DNA from: Anaerolinea thermophila
GTDB lineage: Bacteria > Chloroflexota > Anaerolineae > Anaerolineales > Anaerolineaceae
Direction: 5' to 3'
Length of the DNA stretch: 64,000 nucleotides
Assembly: GCF_020723905.1 (NCBI RefSeq)
Contig: NZ_DYHZ01000007.1
Coordinates: forward strand, 41,839-105,838
A program made the translations under genes and the position numbers. Position 1 is the first letter of the stretch, and each line of letters begins with the position of its first letter. Below are positions 56,328 through 64,000 of the stretch, in pieces. The notes beneath the pieces are model-generated. The model searched no databases, was not told where the DNA came from, and saw only the letters and a list, made by a program, of their open reading frames with translations.

Positions 56328-57299
56328 TTATTTTACCAAATTCAGTTTGCGAAAGAGAACAGGTGCGAATACGGAAACCCAACTGCCAATCAAAGCATAA
56401 CGGATATACCGCAGTATATAACTGATGGCGCTGGCATCATCGGGGAAAATTTTACCCAGCCCGTACCACAGAATGATTAAGCCTGCCAGTCCCAGCAGGT
56501 ATCGCAGAAGGCGTTGTTCCCAGGTGCCTCCGGCAGGTATCCTTCCCCGGCGAATGAGCCATGCCGAGCCCGTTCCAAACCCAAACAGGATTCCTCCCAG
56601 CGTGAATCCACCTTCGATATTGCGTGGATCAATGGGAGTGTCGGGAGTTTGTTGTTGTGCCGTCTTCACCCATTCGGCAGGGAGCGTCCAGTCTCCTAAC
56701 AGGACGTTGCTCAGGGTGATTCCGGCAATCACCACAAGGGAAGCAAGAAAAATCACCATGCCAAGATTGCGCAGGGATTGGCGGCCTGCCCAGCGGAGAA
56801 TCGCGGGTTCCAGTCGAACAAACAGCCAGACGAGAACAGCCCCAATTGCCCAGCCAGCCAGCACATCCCCGGCAAAATGCATTCCCAGATAGATGCGTGA
56901 AAGCCCGATTAATACGATGATTGCGAGACTCAACCACCGAAACCAGCGCCAGATGACCTGTGTGGATGCCAGCCCCCACAGAGCCGCGGCGTTCTGGGCG
57001 TGCCCTGAGGGCATCCCGAAGGAGGTCTCGCTGGAAAGCGCTTTCACCTCGGTGCTGACCCAGTACGGACGCGGCGCATGGAATGCCAGTTTTGCCATCC
57101 CGTTCACCCAGTTGGTCAGTACCAGCATCCAGCCCAGTCGCATGCCCAGTCTGGGGTCAACGCTCCAGTACAGCGCCGGCATAACGATGAGAAAAAATTC
57201 TTCTGTCCCCAGGAAAGAGAAAAACTGCATGATCGGGGCAAGCCATATACCCAGCGACTGAAAGAACAGATTAATGGGGATTTGAAGGTTTTCTAACAT
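56328..57299 (-). CDS. PAP2-family membrane phosphatase
   Basis: KLAFHAPRP, PSGH, SRIYLGMHF..D. ATG 57299. Confidence 0.92.
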   Translation of the reverse strand: MLENLQIPINLFFQSLGIWLAPIMQFFSFLGTEEFFLIVMPALYWSVDPRLGMRLGWMLVLTNWVNGMAKLAFHAPRPYWVSTEVKALSSETSFGMPSGHAQNAAALWGLASTQVIWRWFRWLSLAIIVLIGLSRIYLGMHFAGDVLAGWAIGAVLVWLFVRLEPAILRWAGRQSLRNLGMVIFLASLVVIAGITLSNVLLGDWTLPAEWVKTAQQQTPDTPIDPRNIEGGFTLGGILFGFGTGSAWLIRRGRIPAGGTWEQRLLRYLLGLAGLIILWYGLGKIFPDDASAISYILRYIRYALIGSWVSVFAPVLFRKLNLVK

Positions 57300-57368
57300 G
57301 GGATGTTTCCTCAGCAGAGATTGTCTAAGTCGTTGACGGAACCGTTTAACGTATTGTACACTGAGAAT

Positions 57369-59687
57369 ATGCGTGAGACGAAAGAACGGATGTGGGATTT
57401 TCCGGCAGGCGTGCTGTTCTGGCTGGCGCTTTTCTTTGCGGCTGTGCGGGTGCAAACCACCAACTGGACGGTGAATCTGGGATTAATTCAGGTTGAAGTC
57501 TTCCTTTCTGTGACGATCGGTTTAGCCCTGGGGGCAAGCCGTTTTCATCCGCGTTGGAGCACCCTGATGGGGTTTATCTATACCATAACAATTCTTCCAT
57601 GGACGCTGGCGGGGCTTTTACGTGCGGAAACCTGGCTGGACCGGGTGTTAATCATGGGAAGCCGCCTGCAGAGCGCCATCGTATCGATTGTTCAAAACCA
57701 GCCGGTGCGCGATCCTTTCTTTTTTCTGGGATTGATGTGTTTGATTTTCTGGCTGGCGGGAATCATTGGGGGGTATCAACTTGCCCGGTATGGACGTCCC
57801 TGGGTGGGATTGAGCCTGGCAGGGATCATGGTGCTGATCGTGGATTATTCCTTCGAAATGTATGCCGCACCCGATACCGGTTCCGCGTTCAGTTTTCTGT
57901 ACTTTCTGGTAGCGCTGATCCTCATTGGACGGGTCTTTTATGTGAATGCCCATTCCGAATGGAAACGGCGCGGTGAAATGGTGGAAAGCGAAGTGGGTTT
58001 TGATATCAGCCGGGGGGCGGCGCTGGTGGCGTTGTTGCTGGTTTTAATGGGCTGGTACAGTCCTGCAGTGGTAAACTCTTTCATCCCCGGAACCAGAGAA
58101 CAGCGCGAACTCTCCCAGCGCTTCAGCCGATTCCGCGAGCGCATTTCCAACGCGGTATTTTCGCTTAACAGCCCGGCACCGGTGTATGTCGAAAGTCTGG
58201 GAGAAACGCTGGCGCTGGGGCAGGGTTCTGAATTGAGCGATGATGAAGTCCTGCGCATCAAAACCGAACGCGGCAGGCTGGCAGGAGGGCGTTTTTACTG
58301 GGCGGGGCGCATCTATGATTCCTATCTGGATGGACAGTGGGTGGCAACCGATGTTTCCCCTCAGGGTTTCGGGGCAGGGTATGCGCTGGCTGAATATAAC
58401 TGGGAAGGGCGTACTGAAATCGGGGTTGACATCACTAATCGCATTTCTCTTTTGCGTACGCTGTATTTTCCGGGTGCCCCCGTGTCTATCAACCGGGTGG
58501 TCACGGCAATGGTGGGCCCGGATGGCACAGATGGGCCCGATATCACCGCCTTGATTCTGGATCCACCTCTGGGGGCAGGTGAGTCTTACTCTCTGCGGGT
58601 CTCAGTGCCGGTTCCTACTCAGATCCAGTTACAAGCCTCAGCGGATCTTCCTTACCCCGATTGGGTAAAAGAACGCTTTTTGCAATTACCTCCCGATTTT
58701 TCGCCGCGCATTCAGCGTCTGGCGATGCAGATTACTGCGGACGCGAATACTCCCTTTGAAAAAGCAGATGCCATTACCCGCTGGTTGCGCACCAGCATTA
58801 ACTATCAAACCGTCATCCCGCCGATTCCCGAAAATGCAGATCCCATGGAGTGGTTTTTGTTTGATTATCGGGCGGGATTTTGTAATTACTATGCCACTGC
58901 TGAGGTATTGATGCTGCGCGCTGTGGGAGTGCCAGCAAGGATGGTGGTGGGTTATGCCGAGGGTACGTATCTGCGCGATGAAGAAGTCTTCTCGGTGATT
59001 GGCAAGGATTATCATGCCTGGCCCGAGGTGTATTTCCCCGGCGTAGGATGGGTGCCTTTCGAGCCTACGGCATCACAACCCGAGTTGCGCTTTTCTCTGG
59101 GGGAAGGTGAACCTTCGCCGGGAGGTGCTATCATCCCGCCCACGCCGGTTATCCCCAGCGGAGCAGGTCCGGTGGGTGAGGTTGAGCCTCCGACTCTTCT
59201 CGAAGAACCGCCTACCCCTGCAGAGGTAGCAGGGCGCTGGTTGAGCGTTCTTCTGGGAGTGGCGGCGGCAACCGCGCTGGCACTGGGTCTGCGCCGCTGG
59301 CAAACCACCATTTTGAAAGAAACCCCCTTCCCGGTTTGGCTGGAACGGGTGCTGGAAAAACGCGGTTTCCACCCCCCTGCATGGCTGAAACGCTGGTCAG
59401 AGCGTGTTGTACGCACGCCCATGGAACGGCTTTTTGCCGTTGTCCCCGAAATGTTGAGCGTATGGGGAATCCCCCCGAAAGTCGAAATGACCCCTGCCGA
59501 GCAGGTGGCGCGCCTGAAAAATGTTTTACCAGAACTGGCTGAACAGGCTCAGGTGTTGCTGGAGGAATATCAGTTCGCCATGTATAGTCAGCGGAGATAT
59601 AATATATCTCGGGCTCGTCAAGCCGCCGCAACATTGCGGTTACGCGGGTATCAACGCTGGATTGCGCGGCTGATGGGAATTCAGTGA
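57369..59687 (+). CDS. TgpA-like membrane protein with a transglutaminase-like domain
   Basis: Multi-TM N-terminus, GFCNYYA (Cys), YHAWPEVY (His), WVPFEPT, and a C-terminal DUF4129-like region. Confidence 0.88.
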   Translation: MRETKERMWDFPAGVLFWLALFFAAVRVQTTNWTVNLGLIQVEVFLSVTIGLALGASRFHPRWSTLMGFIYTITILPWTLAGLLRAETWLDRVLIMGSRLQSAIVSIVQNQPVRDPFFFLGLMCLIFWLAGIIGGYQLARYGRPWVGLSLAGIMVLIVDYSFEMYAAPDTGSAFSFLYFLVALILIGRVFYVNAHSEWKRRGEMVESEVGFDISRGAALVALLLVLMGWYSPAVVNSFIPGTREQRELSQRFSRFRERISNAVFSLNSPAPVYVESLGETLALGQGSELSDDEVLRIKTERGRLAGGRFYWAGRIYDSYLDGQWVATDVSPQGFGAGYALAEYNWEGRTEIGVDITNRISLLRTLYFPGAPVSINRVVTAMVGPDGTDGPDITALILDPPLGAGESYSLRVSVPVPTQIQLQASADLPYPDWVKERFLQLPPDFSPRIQRLAMQITADANTPFEKADAITRWLRTSINYQTVIPPIPENADPMEWFLFDYRAGFCNYYATAEVLMLRAVGVPARMVVGYAEGTYLRDEEVFSVIGKDYHAWPEVYFPGVGWVPFEPTASQPELRFSLGEGEPSPGGAIIPPTPVIPSGAGPVGEVEPPTLLEEPPTPAEVAGRWLSVLLGVAAATALALGLRRWQTTILKETPFPVWLERVLEKRGFHPPAWLKRWSERVVRTPMERLFAVVPEMLSVWGIPPKVEMTPAEQVARLKNVLPELAEQAQVLLEEYQFAMYSQRRYNISRARQAAATLRLRGYQRWIARLMGIQ

Positions 59688-59703
59688 AGCGGAGAGGTCT
59701 TCC

Positions 59704-61419
59704 TTGATTAGTTCTCTGACAACATCCACACTGGTATCGCTGGATGCGCAGTTAGCCGCGCTTATCGCGCTGTTTAATGAAGTTCATTCCTACATTTCCG
59801 TACACCGCCCCGCTTTTATCCCCGACCGTGTCTATCAGGCGGTGGGGGAGATGGCGAAAGAACTCCCTGAATTACGCAAACAGGTCAACGCGCTGGAAGG
59901 GGAGTGGCGTAACCTGCGCGCTCTGGCGCAGGTGGGACAGGTAGTTAATTCCTCGCTCGAACTGGATCAGGTCTTGCAGGTGGTGATGGACACCATCATC
60001 CGCCTGACCGGTGCGGAGCGGGGCTTTTTGATGATGCGCAACGCACACTCCGGCGAACTGGAAGTGCTCATCGGGCGAAACTGGGATCGGGAAACCCTCT
60101 CCAAATCTGAGTTTGCTGTCAGCCGCACGATTATCAATCGGGTGATCCGGGAAGGACAACCCATCCTGACCACGGATGCGCAGGAAGATCCCCGCTTTCA
60201 CACCCAGGATAGCGTTATTTCTCATAATCTACGGGCTATCCTGTGCGTGCCTTTGTGGGTCAAACAGGAACTGGTGGGAGTTATCTATGCCGATAACCGC
60301 GTGCGCAGTGGGGTGTTTACCCGCCGTCATCTTGAATTGCTCACGGGATTTGCCCATCAGGCGGCGGTTGCCATCGAGAATGCCCGTCTGTTTGCCTCGG
60401 TTCGCCAGACCCTGGATCAGGTTACCCAGTTGAAAACCCTGATGGACAATGTCCTGGCGTCCATTCCCAGTGGAGTGATTACCACCGACCCGGATAAACG
60501 CATTTTGCTGTGCAACCGCGCTGCCGCAGAAATTCTTCACCAGCCCATATCTGCTCTCGAAGGGGCAAACCTCACCACCATCTTGCCCGCGCTGGATGAA
60601 CATGTTCATCAAGTGTTACGGTTTGGACACACCGTGATGGGTTTAGAGATTTTCCCCGAATTGAAGGGCAAAGGACGGGTGGCATTGCGGTTTAATCTCT
60701 CCCCTTTACGCAATGAACAGAAAGTTTTACAGGGTGTTGCCATTGTAGTGGAAGACCTGACCGAACAGCGCCGCCTTGAAGCCCAGCAGAGGCTGTTTGA
60801 ACGCATGGTTTCTCCAGCGGTGATTGAACAGATTGACACTGAAGAAATCAAGCCCGGCGGGCAGAAGCGAGAAATCACTACCCTTTTTGCCGATATTCGC
60901 GGATTTACCAGTTATGGCGAAATGGTCTCGCCGGAAGAACTGGTGCAGGTGCTTAACCGTTATCTGGGGCTGGCAGCGGAGATCATTCTTGCCGAAGGGG
61001 GCACGGTGGATAAATTCCTCGGCGATGCTGTCATGGCATGGTTCAATGCCCCTGTGCCTCAACCCGATCATGCCTTACGGGCGGTTCGGGCGGGGCTTCG
61101 TCTGAAGGAAGCCGTGGAACGGTTGAATCGAGAAATGCCTGTGGCGGCAAAACTCTCTTTTGGTGTGGGAATTCATACAGGCGAAGCCGTTCTGGGGTTG
61201 ATCGGTACCGAAAAACGCATGGACTACACTGCCATTGGTGATTGTGTGAACACTGCCAGGCGTATTCAGGAAAACGCCAGTGCGGGGCAGGTGCTTATCA
61301 GCCGCAGTGTGTACCAGCGGATTGCCGATTCTGTCGAGGTGGGTGGGGTTTTCCCCATCCAGGCGTATGGGAAGCGTCAACCGGTAGTGGTAGTAGAAGT
61401 GTTAAAATTAAAGTCGTGA
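59704..61419 (+). CDS. GAF-PAS class III adenylate cyclase
   Basis: GAF ending AVAIENARLF, PAS, then LFADIRGFT, DKFLGDAVM (the Lys points to ATP specificity), YTAIGDCVNTARR. Confidence 0.92.
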   Translation: MISSLTTSTLVSLDAQLAALIALFNEVHSYISVHRPAFIPDRVYQAVGEMAKELPELRKQVNALEGEWRNLRALAQVGQVVNSSLELDQVLQVVMDTIIRLTGAERGFLMMRNAHSGELEVLIGRNWDRETLSKSEFAVSRTIINRVIREGQPILTTDAQEDPRFHTQDSVISHNLRAILCVPLWVKQELVGVIYADNRVRSGVFTRRHLELLTGFAHQAAVAIENARLFASVRQTLDQVTQLKTLMDNVLASIPSGVITTDPDKRILLCNRAAAEILHQPISALEGANLTTILPALDEHVHQVLRFGHTVMGLEIFPELKGKGRVALRFNLSPLRNEQKVLQGVAIVVEDLTEQRRLEAQQRLFERMVSPAVIEQIDTEEIKPGGQKREITTLFADIRGFTSYGEMVSPEELVQVLNRYLGLAAEIILAEGGTVDKFLGDAVMAWFNAPVPQPDHALRAVRAGLRLKEAVERLNREMPVAAKLSFGVGIHTGEAVLGLIGTEKRMDYTAIGDCVNTARRIQENASAGQVLISRSVYQRIADSVEVGGVFPIQAYGKRQPVVVVEVLKLKS

Positions 61420-61428
61420 GGGTGTGGA

Positions 61429-62040
61429 TTGAAAATAGATTTACATGTTCATTGTAGCGAACGTTCCTCTTGTGCGGTCAGCGATGCAGACAGTCAAATT
61501 CGCGCCGCAATTGAAATGGGGCTGGATGCCCTGGCATTTACCGATCATTTTCGGCTGGTTCCCCCCGATGAGTTAATTGCCCTGAATGAGCGCTTTGCTC
61601 CCTTTCGGGTATACAGCGGGATTGAAATTACCGCAGATAAAGAAGACTGGCTTGTCTTTGGCATTCAAGATCCAAAAATTGAACGCCGTTTATGGACTTA
61701 CCCGGATTTGTGGAATTTTGTACGGGAACGTCAGGGTGTGATGATTTTAGCCCATCCCTTCCGCTGGGAGCCGCTCATTCACGTGGATCTGGCGACCTAT
61801 CCCCCCGACGGGGTGGAGTTTCGTTCGCACAATACACCTGCTGAACGGGAAGAGGAAATTATCCGGCTGGCTTGCCAGTATGGTCTGGGGCTGTTTCAAA
61901 ATTCTGACTCTCACCATGTCCGGATGATTGGACAGTTCTACAATGACCTTCCCGGCAGACCGGACAGCGAATCATCTCTGCTGGAAAGTTTACGGGCATT
62001 AAAAGCCCTGACCCCCTGTGCAGAAAAGCAACGGAGATGA
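61429..62040 (+). CDS. PHP-domain metallophosphoesterase
   Basis: DLHVH, FTDH, GIE, AHP, SDSH. Confidence 0.88.
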   Translation: MKIDLHVHCSERSSCAVSDADSQIRAAIEMGLDALAFTDHFRLVPPDELIALNERFAPFRVYSGIEITADKEDWLVFGIQDPKIERRLWTYPDLWNFVRERQGVMILAHPFRWEPLIHVDLATYPPDGVEFRSHNTPAEREEEIIRLACQYGLGLFQNSDSHHVRMIGQFYNDLPGRPDSESSLLESLRALKALTPCAEKQRR

Positions 62041-62065
62041 GGGGGATGCCTCATCTCCGTTGAGG

Positions 62066-62569
62066 TTAGAATCGCAACGCCCAGATCAGCCACAGAATGA
62101 TCATCACCACGCCGATACCGGCGCGAATCAACACGGCGCTGCCGCATCCCAACGCCATTCCCGTGGTAGTGTCCAGGGCTTTCCGCCAGTCCCGTTGTCG
62201 GTAGTACTCCAATCCGAATAACCCCAGCAGGGCAGCAATCACTCCGCCGAAGGGGGGAAACACAATACTGCCCACAATGCCTAAAACCAGTGCCACCAGG
62301 ATAGTCGTCCAGGGAGCGCCTTTCTGTCGGGCGCTGGCGCCCATGATGAAGTTATCAATGACGCTCCCCACCAGCATCAGCACAGTCATGACTGCAAAGA
62401 AAACCCATCCGGCTGATGAGAAGCCCTCAACGATGCCAAACACCAGCGCAGCAACCCAGATGATAACCAGACCGGGCAGGATGGGAATAATCAGTCCCAT
62501 CAATCCGAAGAGCATCACCGAGAGGATGATGGCGTAGAAAGAGTACCTTAACAGTTCGTTGAATTCCAT
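62066..62569 (-). CDS. DUF456-family membrane protein
   Basis: IPILPG..IW, GARQKGA, G.LG.FG.EY; ATG 62569. Confidence 0.85.
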   Translation of the reverse strand: MEFNELLRYSFYAIILSVMLFGLMGLIIPILPGLVIIWVAALVFGIVEGFSSAGWVFFAVMTVLMLVGSVIDNFIMGASARQKGAPWTTILVALVLGIVGSIVFPPFGGVIAALLGLFGLEYYRQRDWRKALDTTTGMALGCGSAVLIRAGIGVVMIILWLIWALRF

Positions 62570-62573
62570 AGGA

Positions 62574-63848
62574 TTATTCCGGGCGGATAATGTCCACCCC
62601 GCCCATCCATGGACGGAGCACTTCGGGAACAACGATAGAGCCGTCGGCTTGCTGATAGTTTTCCATTACCGCAATCAGCGTGCGCGGTAAGCCCAGCCCC
62701 GAACCGTTCAACGTGTGCAAAAGGCGCGGTTTTCCGCCATCTTCCGGGCGGTACTTAATGCCCGCGCGGCGCGCCTGGAAATCTGTATCGTTTGACACCG
62801 AAGAAACTTCCAGCCACTCGCCGCAACCGGGCGCCCAAACCTCTAAATCGTAGGTGATTGCCGCGCCAAAGCCCAGATCGCCGGTGCATAATTGCACCAC
62901 GCGATAAGCCAGCCCCAGTTCGGCGCAGGTTTGTTCGGCATCTGCCAGCATCTTTTGCAATTCGTTCATGGAGTCTTCCGGCTTGCTGTAAATGTACATT
63001 TCCACCTTGTCGAACTGATGCCCGCGTTTAATGCCACGCACATCGCGTCCGGCGCTCATCTTCTCCCGGCGGAAGCAGGGGGTGTAAGCGGTGTAGCGCA
63101 GAGGCAGTTGTTTTTCTTCCAGCACTTCACCCATGTGCAAGCCCGTCAGCGGAACTTCAGCGGTGGGCACCATCCACAGGTCTTCCTCGATGTCGTGGTA
63201 AAGGTTGTCGCGGAACTTGGGGAGTTGTCCGGAGGCGTACAGGGTATCGCCTTTGACCATGAAGGGCAGGTAGGCTTCGCGGTATCCCTGCCGGATGTGC
63301 AGATCGAGCATCCAGGCAATCAGAGCGCGTTGCAGGCGCGCGCCTGCGCCGCTCAGCACGTAGAAACGCGAGCCAGTAATTTTTACCCCGCGCTCGAAGT
63401 CCAGGATTCCCAGTTTCGGTCCCAATTCCCAGTGGGGCAGGGGGGTGAAGTCAAAAGATTTAGGGGTTCCCACGGTCTTAATGACCTGATTTTGATGTTC
63501 GCTTTCCCCGATGGGAATCTCTGGCAGGGGGAGATTGGGAATCTGCGCCAGGGTGCTTTCCAGTTCTTCTTCAATCTTACGCACCGATTCGTCCAGGGCA
63601 GTGATTTCATCGCCAACCCGGCGCATGGCTTCGATTTTTGCCTGCCGTTCGGCAGGGTCTTTGGTTTTGCCAATTTCTTTGGATACACTGTTGCGTTCGG
63701 CTTTCAGCGCTTCTACCCGTGTCAGCGTGGCACGGCGTTGCTGGTCCAGTTCAATCACACGGTCCACGATGTCCGGGTCCATTTGACGATGGCGCAAAGC
63801 CTCACGGACTACTTCCGGGGTTTCCCGAAACAGGTTGATATCTAACAT
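62574..63848 (-). CDS. serS: Seryl-tRNA synthetase
   Basis: N-terminal coiled coil, [31 protein letters not shown]. Confidence 0.98.
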   Translation of the reverse strand: MLDINLFRETPEVVREALRHRQMDPDIVDRVIELDQQRRATLTRVEALKAERNSVSKEIGKTKDPAERQAKIEAMRRVGDEITALDESVRKIEEELESTLAQIPNLPLPEIPIGESEHQNQVIKTVGTPKSFDFTPLPHWELGPKLGILDFERGVKITGSRFYVLSGAGARLQRALIAWMLDLHIRQGYREAYLPFMVKGDTLYASGQLPKFRDNLYHDIEEDLWMVPTAEVPLTGLHMGEVLEEKQLPLRYTAYTPCFRREKMSAGRDVRGIKRGHQFDKVEMYIYSKPEDSMNELQKMLADAEQTCAELGLAYRVVQLCTGDLGFGAAITYDLEVWAPGCGEWLEVSSVSNDTDFQARRAGIKYRPEDGGKPRLLHTLNGSGLGLPRTLIAVMENYQQADGSIVVPEVLRPWMGGVDIIRPE

Positions 63849-63864
63849 CAGCACCTCCGCTTAA

Positions 63865-64000
63865 AAAGGATGGTTGTAAATCAAACGCCCCCATCGCGTT
63901 GCAGGACGAGGGGGGCGCTCGTGGTGCCACCTGCTTTTGCTGTGAGAAAAGTCACAGCCTCTTTGTGCCGATAACGGGATGCGCCGGTCTTCTTACAGCC
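63865..64000 (-). ncRNA. T-box leader of serS (3' part only; stem I and specifier lie beyond the window)
   Basis: The minus strand has CCCGTTATC (stem IIA/B), AAAAGCAGGTGGCACCACGAG (T-box), the antiterminator partner CTCGTCC, and a GCGCCCCC..GGGGGCGT-TTGATTT terminator. Confidence 0.9.

Overview
A gene-dense chromosomal window of moderate GC from a bacterium that looks like a Chloroflexota/Anaerolineae member. That assignment is inferred from the multi-GAF 'AIENARL' signalling proteins, Pro/Thr-rich secreted proteins, the dnaB-dnaD-dnaC cluster, and the T-box and 6S RNA types; it was not checked against a database. In order, the window holds: a multi-GAF sensor kinase / receiver / alpha-beta-hydrolase-fold operon; an Opp-type ABC importer, probably for oligosaccharides; a TPP-riboswitch thiN-thiB-thiP operon; a DUF2089 / YvlB-like / MFS operon; a five-gene DUF4388(PATAN) / MglA-like GTPase / alpha-beta hydrolase / V4R / GlmU-like operon; an atypical OmpR regulator; a MarR-cupin pair; dnaB-dnaD and a double-AAA+ DnaC-like loader; a second GAF-PAS kinase with a 5' frameshift; an ABC-2 exporter; peptidases; three tRNAs, with an 89-bp tandem repeat behind tRNA-Ser(GCT); a his operon with a His-rich leader-peptide attenuator and a DJ-1::HisB fusion; 6S RNA; an adenylate cyclase; and serS with a T-box leader. 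No CRISPR array, transposase, integrase or phage structural gene was seen. The best candidate for an undescribed system is the small-GTPase/PATAN/V4R/hydrolase operon, together with its catalytically dead hydrolase paralogue in the kinase operon. Start codons were adjusted by eye from RBS context where the ORF track over-extends.
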